The notes under the pieces: model-generated | Databases searched by the model: none | What the model saw: only the letters and a program-made list of their open reading frames with translations | What the model was told of the DNA's origin: nothing | Part shown: in pieces, positions 1 to 9,221 of the stretch | Numbering within the stretch: the first letter of the stretch is position 1 | How the letters are laid out: every line of letters starts with the position of its first letter | Position numbers and translations under genes: made by a program | Origin: a virus | Lineage: Duplodnaviria > Heunggongvirae > Uroviricota > Caudoviricetes | IMG/VR virus record: IMGVR_UViG_2537561991_000021 | Length of the DNA: 44,504 bases | Reading direction: 5' to 3' (one strand)

Positions 1-1020
1 GACTTCCGTTATTCTGCCGGATTCGTATAACGCCCGGTAACCACCGTAAGCATCGGCCTGAAGCACACCGCTGTAACCGGCCAGGTGTATTTTTGGTGGA
101 TGGATACCTTTCCGGTCCGGACTGTACGCGAACCAGACCGCCGGGGGCATCTGTGAACCGGCGTTACGGTCATCACGGACGTAGACCCACAGCCGGGCTG
201 TCCGGGTTTTACCGCTGCCCGGCTCCTGGACCGGGACGGGGATATCATCAGCATGGACTTTACCGGGCATCAGCACATACTGGCGCAGGACGTCATACTG
301 CGGCTCCAGTAGTTCAGCAACGGCACCAGTCCAGCGCCCCAGTGTGGCACGGCTCAGCTCCACACCCTGACGGCGGTATATCTCTGACTGGCGGTATAAC
401 GGCAGATGGTCTGCATATTTTCCGGTGACGACATGGGCCAGGAGCCCCGCTCCGGCATAACTGCGTGCAATGGGTTTTGAAGGCACCGGTGCCTGCACGA
501 TATGGTCGCACCGGCAACAGGCCAGTTTCGGACGTTGTGTTTCGATAACCTTAAAGGCGCTGCTGATAAGCTCCAGTTGCTCTGACACATCACATCCCAG
601 AGAACTGAGTTCACCACCACAGGCAGGACAGCATTCCTCTTCCGGCCGGATAACCCGGGTTTCACGGGGAAGTGAGGCCGGTAACGGTTTACGGGCTGAA
701 GACTGGCGCAGGGCGGATGGCAGTACCGGGTCATATTGCTCACCCAGCGTTTCCGCCATTTCTTCCTGAAGTGCGCTGATTCGCTCCTGTGCTTCCTGTA
801 TCTGCCGTTCGGTTTTTGCACGAAGTTTTTCTGAGCTTTTACCGAACTGCATACGTTGCAGTTTCGCAACCAGCGCCTTCAGCCGGTTGATTTCGGAAGC
901 ATAAGCCGCCACCCGCTGTGAGAGCAGGCGGTTGTATTCAGCCATCTGGCGTATGGTGTCCTGTTGCGTCTGCAACAGTGCCCGCAGGCGGGCGTTCTCA
1001 TGAGCAAGTGAGGTGTCCAT
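1..1020 (-). CDS. IS66-family transposase TnpC, N-terminal part (truncated by window edge)
   Basis: Reverse complement of 961..1020 encodes [20 protein letters not shown], matching the start of the 523-aa transposase at 34039..35610. Not in the ORF track because it runs off the window. Confidence 0.8.
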   Translation of the reverse strand, partial: MDTSLAHENARLRALLQTQQDTIRQMAEYNRLLSQRVAAYASEINRLKALVAKLQRMQFGKSSEKLRAKTERQIQEAQERISALQEEMAETLGEQYDPVLPSALRQSSARKPLPASLPRETRVIRPEEECCPACGGELSSLGCDVSEQLELISSAFKVIETQRPKLACCRCDHIVQAPVPSKPIARSYAGAGLLAHVVTGKYADHLPLYRQSEIYRRQGVELSRATLGRWTGAVAELLEPQYDVLRQYVLMPGKVHADDIPVPVQEPGSGKTRTARLWVYVRDDRNAGSQMPPAVWFAYSPDRKGIHPPKIHLAGYSGVLQADAYGGYRALYESGRITEV

Positions 1021-1039
1021 ATCCTCACTTTACAACGGG

Positions 1040-1387
1040 TTATATGCGGATTCCAGCGCGTTCCGTTCGTTTCGGGTGCTTCCAGTTGATACCTTCAAGA
1101 AGCATGGATAACTGAGCCGGAGTAAGGTGCACCTTGCCGTCACGGGTGACTGGCCAGACGAAGCGGCCCCGCTCCAGGCGTTTGGTGAAGAGGCACAGTC
1201 CGTCACTGTCAGCCCACAACACTTTTATCTGGTCACCCCGGCGTCCGCGGAAGATGAACAGGTGTCCGGAGAACGGGTCATCCTTCAGGACGTTCTGAAC
1301 TTTTGATGCCAGGCCGTTAAAACCATTTCGCATATCGGTGATACCGGCAACCAGCCAGATACGCGAACCGGCAGGGAGAGATATCAT
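1040..1387 (-). CDS. IS66 Orf2-like accessory protein (TnpB)
   Basis: 115 aa, identical to the ORF at 33672..34019; sits between orfA and tnpC as in IS66-family elements. Confidence 0.85.
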   Translation of the reverse strand: MISLPAGSRIWLVAGITDMRNGFNGLASKVQNVLKDDPFSGHLFIFRGRRGDQIKVLWADSDGLCLFTKRLERGRFVWPVTRDGKVHLTPAQLSMLLEGINWKHPKRTERAGIRI

Positions 1388-2064
1388 CAGTGGCTGCTCC
1401 CTTTCATTTCGCGGATAAGTGTCTGTAATAACGCCGGCGTCAGTTTACCTTTAAGCCTGAGAGTTCCGGCCGGCAGAATCAGCTCACAACACAGACTGTC
1501 GGACGGTGTATTTATCTGCTCTGGTTCCTGTGCGGGGGCCGGGATTTTATTATCCGGCTCCGGCGTTAACGTCACGGGAAGCAGTACCGGCATATTTTTT
1601 CCGGAAGGCAGCAGGCCACCTTTCCGGTATTGATGGCGCCAGTTGAAGAGCAGGTTATCGTTGATTCCGTTTTCCCGGGCGATCTGCGCCACACAGGCTC
1701 CGGGCTGCAGTGACTGCTCCACTAAGGCGATTTTAAACTCATAAGGGAAGTTGGGCCGCCGGGGACGTTTTTTTATCACGGGGGCTTCGGATATAACGGT
1801 GTTTTCAGGACGTACGACTGGTACCGTGGAAAATTGTCCGTAAAGGCAGGCATCAAGTTCCTGCTCCGACATGCCTGCGGGCAAAGGCCACGAAAGGCCA
1901 GCTCTCCGAAAGCGCACGAACATATTACAAACTGTTGATTTTGGTACACCCAGGCGACGCCCGGCCACAACCCGGGGTAAATGTTCTTCAAAGTGAAGAC
2001 GTAAAGCTTCAGTGATCCAGGTCCGGTGTTTCATACGATAGTGTCCATTAAAAATGATGGACAT
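1387..2064 (-). CDS. IS66-family orfA-like protein with N-terminal HTH
   Basis: 225 aa, about 97% identical to 32995..33672. C-terminal part resembles the short IS66 orfA at 32175..32576 (GINxNLLFxWR). Confidence 0.8.
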   Translation of the reverse strand: MSIIFNGHYRMKHRTWITEALRLHFEEHLPRVVAGRRLGVPKSTVCNMFVRFRRAGLSWPLPAGMSEQELDACLYGQFSTVPVVRPENTVISEAPVIKKRPRRPNFPYEFKIALVEQSLQPGACVAQIARENGINDNLLFNWRHQYRKGGLLPSGKNMPVLLPVTLTPEPDNKIPAPAQEPEQINTPSDSLCCELILPAGTLRLKGKLTPALLQTLIREMKGSSH

Positions 2065-2117
2065 TATTTTTGTAGAGCCGGAGGAAACAGACCAGACGGT
2101 TTAAATGAGCCGGTTAC

Positions 2118-2293
2118 GCTTTATATGAGCCAGGAGCATCTAAACAGGAACATGCCGGGATACCGACACCCACAGCAAGATATTCAGTTGATGTGGAAAT
2201 ATATTCCCGTGTCTCACCATCATAATTGTAAACGGTAATGTCTCCCGCCTTTGTGGTGATGAGTTCGCTATTTAATACAGCTTTATTCATCAT
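2118..2293 (-). pseudogene. tail fiber assembly protein (Tfa), N-terminal fragment truncated by IS insertion
   Basis: Start ATG overlaps the tail-fiber stop (ATGA). Encodes [59 protein letters not shown], typical of a Tfa N-terminus, then runs into the IS end. Confidence 0.6.
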
Positions 2294-3135
2294 GCGGCCC
2301 TTACGATATAATTAAAAGCGATGTTACGAGGACGAGTTTCTGTACCTACATTTTCACTAATTTCACCATAACGTTTAACACTACGAGAGCTAATAGCTCG
2401 TAGTGAGGAAGGCACATTAAGACCGGGTTCGTCCGTTTTAACTATTCCCCCGTCACCGTATGTAGCCAGTATTCCTGGGTTTACTCCTTCCCGTGCACTT
2501 CCTGCGGCGAGTCCGTCCCCTGTCCATAATTCCATATAGTGTGCATGGTCCAAAATTGTGTGTGGCTGCCAATTAAGCAAAGCGCGACCAGTATCAATCC
2601 CGCGACCGTCATCCCAGCCACGAATAAATTCACCGCGTAAATCAGGCAATTTATTGGTCGGGTAAGCCTTTGCCAGTTCCGGGTATTCTTCAGCAGAAAA
2701 AGCCGCACCGTTGCATTTCAGCCAGCCTGTTGGCGGTGTGACTGAAGGCCACGGAACAGGCACACCAACAGGTAATGCAGAACCTTCTCCCAAACCAAGG
2801 TTTTCGAGAGCCGTTTGCACAGTGCCATCCGATTTGATATCGCCAAACGGATTCTTGCGGCTCAGGTATTCAACAGCAAACCCCGATCCCAGCAATTCAA
2901 CAAAACCGGGCAGATCACCATTATCAAGCACATCCCGTTGCGTTTTGTCACTTACAAACTGGGCCAGAGCTGCAGCAATAAAGCTGGCCTGTCGAATGGC
3001 TTTGTTCACCTGCGCACTGGATGCTTTCCCTGCTGTAAATCCGGATAAAAGCGCAGGCAACGCTTCCCATTCCTCCTGCGACATAACATTGGCATTTCGA
3101 TCAGTTGCAAACGCTTTAAAGTCATTTTTCGCCAT
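2290..3135 (-). CDS. tail fiber protein
   Basis: Last structural gene before Tfa. Start assigned to the ATG overlapping the upstream stop (TGATG); the ORF track extends it to 3153. Confidence 0.7.
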   Translation of the reverse strand: MAKNDFKAFATDRNANVMSQEEWEALPALLSGFTAGKASSAQVNKAIRQASFIAAALAQFVSDKTQRDVLDNGDLPGFVELLGSGFAVEYLSRKNPFGDIKSDGTVQTALENLGLGEGSALPVGVPVPWPSVTPPTGWLKCNGAAFSAEEYPELAKAYPTNKLPDLRGEFIRGWDDGRGIDTGRALLNWQPHTILDHAHYMELWTGDGLAAGSAREGVNPGILATYGDGGIVKTDEPGLNVPSSLRAISSRSVKRYGEISENVGTETRPRNIAFNYIVRAA

Positions 3136-3815
3136 CAGAGTAATACTCCCCATGCTCCTACATCAAAACCACTGATGAATTCGTTATCCATATCAAAACC
3201 AAAAAATTTTGAGCCTTCCGATGGGGTTTCCACCGAAGGAGTTTCAATGCCCCCCGCCCATACCCCGGCGGCTTTTACTGTGAGATACCCCTGTTTAATT
3301 GCCGCAATTAACTCACGCGATACATCTGAAATATCAGTATCAGGAAAGACCCAGACCGATATCGTCATGTCCTGGTTATCGACTATCTGCATTCGCAGCC
3401 CGGATCCTGCTGTTGCCGCGTCAAGAATTGCCGGAAGCGAATCATTCCGTCCGTCCCAGTTATTAATCGCAATCTTCGCTTTAAGGATGACACGATAAGT
3501 TTCATCGCTGAGGTACATGTATCCGGAATCAGGATCGTATGGTCCCTGCCATACACCCTGATCATATCCAAGCCCGTCGGTATCCCAGCTGAAATAAACA
3601 CCTGAGATAGGCTGGCTGACAACACGGCTACGTCCGATCCACAATCCCAGAATGTCAAGTTGCACACCAACCGCAGAGTCAATATCAAATGCAGTAATCA
3701 GCCCTCTGGTGGCCGCCGCAACATCAATAAGCGGCCGGGTCATCAGATCAACATGTGCAAGAAATTTAGGTTTGGTGGCGTGGTAGTTCGTGATTAGTTC
3801 GGTGTATTTGCTCAT
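3135..3815 (-). CDS. baseplate / tail-fiber-proximal protein (P2 gpI / Mu gp48-like)
   Basis: 226 aa, between the J-like baseplate gene and the tail fiber; ATGA overlap with the upstream stop. Confidence 0.6.
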   Translation of the reverse strand: MSKYTELITNYHATKPKFLAHVDLMTRPLIDVAAATRGLITAFDIDSAVGVQLDILGLWIGRSRVVSQPISGVYFSWDTDGLGYDQGVWQGPYDPDSGYMYLSDETYRVILKAKIAINNWDGRNDSLPAILDAATAGSGLRMQIVDNQDMTISVWVFPDTDISDVSRELIAAIKQGYLTVKAAGVWAGGIETPSVETPSEGSKFFGFDMDNEFISGFDVGAWGVLL

Positions 3816-5011
3816 GACTCCACCGTTATAACGATATTTTCCGGGGTACAGGACGCAGATTCGTTGTATCTGATATCAATGTTTGATGACGACAAAGCCC
3901 CCGGAGATTTCCCAATCGTCAGTTCCTGAATATCGTAATAGCGTGCATTCCCGCCACTCACCACGCCAAGATTCGCCGGTGAGTAAATGCGACTTAAAAG
4001 GACCGAATCACCAATCATCAGACTATTGATATAGTCGGAAATAGCCTGCTGGATCTGCTGCCCTATCTGTGAGGTATAACCCGTAAAAACTTTTAATTTA
4101 ATCCGGGCATAAACAGGCACATCACTGGAACGCGAGAATTTGATTACATGGGGATTGCCGTATTTATCCGGAACCGTAACGGATGTTGTACCGTGAGTGG
4201 CTGTCCCCTGGCCTTTATTCCCTCTGATAGCCTGAGCAATATCCATCACATCACCGCCATCCACAATTACAGCAACAGAGTGTGGCGGTAACCCGTTACC
4301 GTCCTCCGAACCAGTATCGTTTTCATAGAGTTTGTGGCGGGTTACACCGGTAACATTAGAAACAGCACCATCCAGTGCTTCAAATGGGGTTATTGATGGC
4401 AACGCAACACTTTGCGACTGGCGGATACGTAACTCCGCATCAGTTTCTGCCGGAGAGCCAACAGTAGCCGCAGCAGGATTAGTTACCGAAACCCAGCCAC
4501 GGGTTGGCGTATTAATTTCAGTGATAGTTCCAGCCAGCGCCGCCACTGCACCACTGACGGAACATGTTGCGGTCGCCATCACTGTACCATCCACGCCGAC
4601 CACCACTGAAGCAGGCAAACGCCATATCACACTATTACTGTCTTTCACGCTGCCATTAATGATGGTTGTTCCGGCAGTTCCTGTAAGAAGCAAATCAACC
4701 GTAGAATTCGTCGCGCCTTTACGTGAAATACCATTTATTTTCACGTTACTGGTCAGTGCGGCCCCATAGCCGGTTGCCGGTGAAAAACAGTTGTAGACAG
4801 TTATCGCAGTATTATTGGCATCATGAATCGCCAGCGCCATCAGAGCCACCATCTGGCCGTCTTTACTATCCGGTTCGAGGTAGGCATCACTGCCATAAAT
4901 CTGCTGAAAATAGCTAATCAGGGTGCTGAGTATCGTCTGATAATCAGGCGCACTGATCCCCTCCGCGGTTACCTTTGCAGATAAACCGAGAGAATCAAGG
5001 TTCAGAGCCAT
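3812..5011 (-). CDS. baseplate J-like protein (P2 gpJ / Mu gp47-like)
   Basis: 399 aa; size and position in a baseplate cluster; translationally coupled to neighbours. Confidence 0.7.
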   Translation of the reverse strand: MALNLDSLGLSAKVTAEGISAPDYQTILSTLISYFQQIYGSDAYLEPDSKDGQMVALMALAIHDANNTAITVYNCFSPATGYGAALTSNVKINGISRKGATNSTVDLLLTGTAGTTIINGSVKDSNSVIWRLPASVVVGVDGTVMATATCSVSGAVAALAGTITEINTPTRGWVSVTNPAAATVGSPAETDAELRIRQSQSVALPSITPFEALDGAVSNVTGVTRHKLYENDTGSEDGNGLPPHSVAVIVDGGDVMDIAQAIRGNKGQGTATHGTTSVTVPDKYGNPHVIKFSRSSDVPVYARIKLKVFTGYTSQIGQQIQQAISDYINSLMIGDSVLLSRIYSPANLGVVSGGNARYYDIQELTIGKSPGALSSSNIDIRYNESASCTPENIVITVES

Positions 5012-5364
5012 TACGCCTCCGATTTAACAGTCGTTATTCCATAGAGAGTGTCGATTTCAGCGGAAAACATGACACGTCGGGTCGTGGTATCCACCGTCGT
5101 ATTGAAAGAGAGGATTGATTTAACGCCCCGCGTTTCGAGGATGCGCTTACGGATCGCCAGGTTGTAGGTTTCCGGCTTCTGCTTACCGAGCACAGACTGG
5201 ATCCACGGGGTCCCTTCGGTGGTGTCGAGAAACCATTGCCCATACCACAATTCAAATCGCGTTTTTACCGCCTGCGCCACGGCCTCCGGTGAGTTAATCA
5301 GCCAGGTGTCATCACCGCTGCCAAAGGTGTAATCGCCATCGGCGTCTTCACGTCTGTATCGCAT
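5011..5364 (-). CDS. small baseplate protein (Mu gp46 / gp25-like wedge)
   Basis: 117 aa between the spike-like and J-like genes. Confidence 0.55.
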   Translation of the reverse strand: MRYRREDADGDYTFGSGDDTWLINSPEAVAQAVKTRFELWYGQWFLDTTEGTPWIQSVLGKQKPETYNLAIRKRILETRGVKSILSFNTTVDTTTRRVMFSAEIDTLYGITTVKSEA

Positions 5365-6113
5365 CAGTTTACCCTATCGGTATTGCTTCCACCGCGCTGA
5401 ACACCGCCATGAGTGTGCGTATCATCGATTGGCTTGCCGTTAGCCTTCACGCTCCCCAAAAACTCAACAGCACCAGTGATTTTTGAAGCCACACCAGAAA
5501 CCACAGACCCCACCATGCCCCCCATCCAGGTTAACAGGCCATGAATGGTTACTTTCTCAGAAAAATCAGCCAGAGGGGCAACCACATCAAGACCACCCGG
5601 AGCGACAATTTTAATTTTCCTGGTATCAGGATTAAGCTCAAAATAGGTGCTGCCGTCATCACTACGCAACTGTGTGGCACTGGTATTAATACCGCTAATC
5701 CTCCTTGCCTGCGACTGGGGACCGACAATACAAAACGCATCCGATAAATCATGCATTCTGTCATCGACCGTCTCCTGTATCCCGCCACTCTGCCACCAGA
5801 AATCGATGCAGCGATCGGCAAAAATCACCAGGCATTCATCGCCGGCTTTTACCGGGAAAGTTAACGTGCAGCCGCCGCCGCGCGGAAATACCACCGGCAC
5901 ATCCACCAGCAGCGGGTAATTTTTGGTTACGCGGTTGCCGTCGTTGTCGGTTTCAACCGAACGAATAGCAGGCTGCACAACCGCCGTCACCGCGTCAGGA
6001 TCGAATGACTGAACGATGCCAGGCAAAGCGACGCGGATCTGGTTCTTTGTGGTTTCCCGCTCGGATTTGAATGTTTCGGCAAGGTCGCCGCTACGAGTCT
6101 GGTCTGATATGGC
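5364..6113 (-). CDS. baseplate assembly protein V-like (spike)
   Basis: Resembles the gpV/gp45 N-terminal OB-fold region (VKAGDECLVIFADR). ATG at 6113 with an AGGAG RBS; the ORF track's TTG at 6149 lies inside the upstream terminator. Confidence 0.65.
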   Translation of the reverse strand, partial: AISDQTRSGDLAETFKSERETTKNQIRVALPGIVQSFDPDAVTAVVQPAIRSVETDNDGNRVTKNYPLLVDVPVVFPRGGGCTLTFPVKAGDECLVIFADRCIDFWWQSGGIQETVDDRMHDLSDAFCIVGPQSQARRISGINTSATQLRSDDGSTYFELNPDTRKIKIVAPGGLDVVAPLADFSEKVTIHGLLTWMGGMVGSVVSGVASKITGAVEFLGSVKANGKPIDDTHTHGGVQRGGSNTDRVN

Positions 6114-6126
6114 CATTTGATAAACT

Positions 6127-6157
6127 CCTGAAAACAAAAAACCCGCCAAGTGGCGGG
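6127..6157 (-). terminator. rho-independent terminator closing the tail-module cassette
   Basis: Minus-strand hairpin CCCGCC-ACTT-GGCGGG followed by TTTTTTGTTTT. Confidence 0.75.
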
Positions 6158-6178
6158 TCTACAGGAACAACTCTAAGT

Positions 6179-6349
6179 TTATTTTTTCTGTTTAAAATTG
6201 TCCAACTCAGGTTCTTTAACGCTTTCTGTCATGTAATCCAATCCACCAAAAGGTACTTCAAGCATTATACTGCTTTCATAATCAGCCATGGATTGCTCTG
6301 CTTGCGTTGGCTTGCTTTGCTGTGAGTTGTCATTATTTGATGTTGTCAT
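6179..6349 (-). CDS. small hypothetical protein (56 aa), third gene of the cassette
   Basis: ATG-initiated ORF MTTSNNDNSQQSKPTQAEQSMADYESSIMLEVPFGGLDYMTESVKEPELDNFKQKK, below the ORF-track size cutoff; lies between the membrane-protein gene and the terminator. Confidence 0.4.
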   Translation of the reverse strand: MTTSNNDNSQQSKPTQAEQSMADYESSIMLEVPFGGLDYMTESVKEPELDNFKQKK

Positions 6350-6352
6350 CAA

Positions 6353-6907
6353 CTATGCCTTATTTATCAAAAGAAAAGTAACCGATAATATGAAAAAACC
6401 GAAAGATAACGCAATTCCTTCAAAAAGATAACGAGCGTAAACTGCCTTTTCTTTATGAAGACTTTCGATCAATTCAACAGCTTTACCATACTGAAACATA
6501 TGGTATCTAAGCGTTTTAATTTTATCACCGTAAAATAAAAAATCATGCTCTTCTTTTCGCTTATGAATAGGCATTTTTGGTATATCTTTCAGTCCCCAAG
6601 TACGCCATAGGAAAAAAAAGCACATAACAATACAAACAAAGCACAGATATGCACAAAGTATAGATAATGTTAAAAACCAATTACTCTTTAGCCCACTTTT
6701 GAAATCAACAGTCCCAAATACAGCCAGTAGAGCAGAGGTTTCTACAGCTAAAATAGCAAGAAGGTAGTTAACTTTGTCCTCAAGACGACGATATGTTGAT
6801 TTTGCTTCCTCATATCTATCTTTATAATATGACGAAATAAAATCAGCGCCTATAGTCTCAATTGCCTTTTGTTCTTCTGTTGTATCTATTGACGAACGCT
6901 TGCTCAT
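6353..6907 (-). CDS. hypothetical membrane protein, AT-rich accessory gene
   Basis: 184 aa with a charged N-terminal region and hydrophobic helices (LLAILAVETSALLAVFGTV, WFLTLSILCAYLCFVCIVMCFFFLW, GIALSFGFFILSVTFLLI). Much lower GC than flanking tail genes. Confidence 0.7.
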   Translation of the reverse strand: MSKRSSIDTTEEQKAIETIGADFISSYYKDRYEEAKSTYRRLEDKVNYLLAILAVETSALLAVFGTVDFKSGLKSNWFLTLSILCAYLCFVCIVMCFFFLWRTWGLKDIPKMPIHKRKEEHDFLFYGDKIKTLRYHMFQYGKAVELIESLHKEKAVYARYLFEGIALSFGFFILSVTFLLINKA

Positions 6908-6914
6908 TTCTCAA

Positions 6915-7262
6915 TCAACCAACAACTTTCTTACACGGGAAAGAGCCAATAATTTTCGGAGCATCCATGCTGTTCTGCAACAACTGGACGTTCAGGAAAC
7001 GCGTTTTAGTGCCAGGTCGATGGATATACTCGAACCCATAATTGTTGCCATCTTTGGCAGGCATCAGGTCCATTTTGATCTGCATGCCTGTACCGTCTTT
7101 ACCCAACATTTTTACTTTTTGGGACGTTACTGTTTCGCCATTGATTTTAAATAATGAATCAGGGATCGCATCCATACGAAAGTTGCCGCATTGCATCGTT
7201 ATGGTGTTTGCACTTACACCAACAGACACTAATGCCAGCAATGAAAATATCCATCGTTTCAT
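6915..7262 (-). CDS. hypothetical secreted (periplasmic) protein, accessory gene
   Basis: Start at MKRWIFSLLALVSVGVSA, a signal-peptidase-I type signal with no lipobox; two Cys in the mature part. The ATG follows the upstream baseplate gene stop by 2 nt. Confidence 0.65.
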   Translation of the reverse strand: MKRWIFSLLALVSVGVSANTITMQCGNFRMDAIPDSLFKINGETVTSQKVKMLGKDGTGMQIKMDLMPAKDGNNYGFEYIHRPGTKTRFLNVQLLQNSMDAPKIIGSFPCKKVVG

Positions 7263-7264
7263 TT

Positions 7265-8329
7265 CTATAATCCTCTCTGAAAAGCAGTGCTGGATGGCAT
7301 ATCCTGCGCACCGCGCGCTTCGCACATCATATCCATGTACCACGCCTGGCCCCTTGTATCGCCAGTGTACATAATCCCGCGCACAATATAAACGCCATCC
7401 GTTGCGATGCTGGCAGGCTGCGATGTGGTGCCGCTTAGCGTAATATTTCCGTCCGTGTTCTGGTCGGTGATCTGCCCACCAGCCATAGCGATATCGTTGT
7501 TCGACAACGCGGTGCGATATACGGAAGCCTGATCCAGTTGAATGAGCCCATTAACCCGGATGTTCGGATTAATAAGCGCGCGAACGTTTACGCCGTTGCC
7601 GATGGTCTGCTGCGGCATGCCAATAAGCCCGGTAGCGCTGTTGAGCACAATCGCTTCGTGAACATATTCATTATTCGCCACCATCTGGCGCTGACCGTCT
7701 ACGAATTGCCATGTTGCGCCACATTGCCCGGCTACGTTATCCATTAGATGCCGCGTCATGCCAAAGAGCACCCGCCCCCGGGGGAATACAGTAGCAGGCA
7801 TTTCAGGCGTCAGGCCTTCGGTCGCACCTTTGGCTTCGAAGTCTTTCATCAGCGCACGGTTCACATCAGCGACCGTGTAACCGGCAGCCAGCGTCTGTGA
7901 GGTTATACTGGTGGCAAAAGCCAGATCAGTATCTGCTGCCTGAATCAGGACGTAGGAATCAACCGGACTGTCTTTTCCTGTAACCGAGTAGCGAATTTCA
8001 CCGCTGAAAATCAGTCCGTAGTTGCGGCCATCACTCTGGCCCACGTCCGCCGCATCAACCTCCCGCACGATCCCGACGTCGCTTGCCGACACCTCCGGCG
8101 CGATACCGTCGTAACCCGCAATCAGACGCACTTTCGAAAACTCCCGCCCGGTGATTCGGTTCACAGTATCTGCCGAGAGGTTATAAATTTTGATAGTCCC
8201 TACCCGGGACGCGCTGCTGATGTTGAACCAGTCGATCGTAAAGGTCACTTTAAAATCACTTAGCTCAATTCCCTGACCGTTCCCGTCCACAAGCTGCAGC
8301 TCGAAATGTCTCATCCAGTTCTGTGACAT
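7265..8329 (-). CDS. baseplate hub-like / tail protein
   Basis: 354 aa in the tail cluster between the tape measure and the spike; assigned by position only. Confidence 0.55.
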   Translation of the reverse strand: MSQNWMRHFELQLVDGNGQGIELSDFKVTFTIDWFNISSASRVGTIKIYNLSADTVNRITGREFSKVRLIAGYDGIAPEVSASDVGIVREVDAADVGQSDGRNYGLIFSGEIRYSVTGKDSPVDSYVLIQAADTDLAFATSITSQTLAAGYTVADVNRALMKDFEAKGATEGLTPEMPATVFPRGRVLFGMTRHLMDNVAGQCGATWQFVDGQRQMVANNEYVHEAIVLNSATGLIGMPQQTIGNGVNVRALINPNIRVNGLIQLDQASVYRTALSNNDIAMAGGQITDQNTDGNITLSGTTSQPASIATDGVYIVRGIMYTGDTRGQAWYMDMMCEARGAQDMPSSTAFQRGL

Positions 8330-8331
8330 GC

Positions 8332-8634
8332 TTACTCCGTTGATACCAGTAAATGGCTGCGACCGCCCAGGTCAGTTTTTGTGGGGTAATCCTGTGTGTT
8401 GTCATCACAGACCACCACCAGCTTAAAACCAAGCCCCATACAGGCGTACTGCGCCAGCAGGTCAGCACCAGTGACGAGAGGAATACCGGAGATTACCGGC
8501 TCCCCTCTGTCGTTCTGCAGGTCCATAATCCAGTACAGATCGCGCCATATGATGCTAATCCGCCAGGTAACACCACCCAGGACGATGCTGAACTGCTGGT
8601 TGTCCGCTGTCAGCGGAATTTCCTGAATTGCCAT
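8332..8634 (-). CDS. small tail protein
   Basis: 100 aa, translationally coupled inside the tail cluster. Confidence 0.5.
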   Translation of the reverse strand: MAIQEIPLTADNQQFSIVLGGVTWRISIIWRDLYWIMDLQNDRGEPVISGIPLVTGADLLAQYACMGLGFKLVVVCDDNTQDYPTKTDLGGRSHLLVSTE

Positions 8635-9221
8635 TAGCCGCCCCCCAGTAATGACGCCACGTTACCCGTGATGCTTTTCAGCAGTGAAGTATCTGGAGGC
8701 TTGGTGGTTTTGTTGCCGCTGTTCTGTACCGCCGACGTGCTGGCCCCTTCCTTCATGTTGGTTTTATCCGCGACGGAAATCTGCTGTGTCCGGGAGATAA
8801 GGACCTCCCTCAGGGTGAGGACGGCGGACAGGACGTTTTCGGTTGTCTTGTCCGTCGTCACTTCCAGCGCCCGGATCAACATGTTGCTGTACAGTCGTTT
8901 ACCGGTTACCACATCGAAGGGGATACGGCTTTCCTGCAGATCCAGTAGCTCCTGATACGTCTGCTGAGGACTCAGGCCGAGCAGGCTGGTAGCCGTCAGG
9001 TTACTGGCAAAATCCAGCAATGCGCCACCACCGGCGAAACCAACCTCCATCACCACTTCTGACGGTTTTTTATAGGCATGATCAGCGACAGCGGCCCCGA
9101 CCTCTACCGGATGCTCTGTTATTTCAAGCATATCTGTATGCTTCTCTGAAATAACAACACAGGGAACAATCATTCCTATTTTTCTGCTCTGCTGATGAAA
9201 AAGTGTAGAGAGAATATCCAC
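8634..9221 (-). CDS. tail protein following the tape measure
   Basis: 195 aa; probable GTG start overlapping the tape-measure stop. Confidence 0.5.
   Translation of the reverse strand: MDILSTLFHQQSRKIGMIVPCVVISEKHTDMLEITEHPVEVGAAVADHAYKKPSEVVMEVGFAGGGALLDFASNLTATSLLGLSPQQTYQELLDLQESRIPFDVVTGKRLYSNMLIRALEVTTDKTTENVLSAVLTLREVLISRTQQISVADKTNMKEGASTSAVQNSGNKTTKPPDTSLLKSITGNVASLLGGG

Larger units (their letters stand above)
1..2117 (-). mobile_element. IS66-family insertion sequence, copy 1 (partial; runs off the left window edge)
   Basis: Contains orfA, orfB and the 5' 1 kb of tnpC that are about 97% identical to the element at 32942..35640 but inverted. The end (minus strand GTAACCGGCTCATTTAAACCGTCTGG) abuts the tail-fiber assembly gene at 2117/2118. 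Confidence 0.85.

Noticed and set aside
93-869. ORF-track ORFs inside the left IS copy (93..428 +, 314..517 -, 354..869 -, 470..769 +), and their counterparts in the right copy
   Set aside because: All lie in alternative frames or on the opposite strand of the tnpC reading frame, which is open across the region; they are artefacts of six-frame translation of a GC-rich gene.
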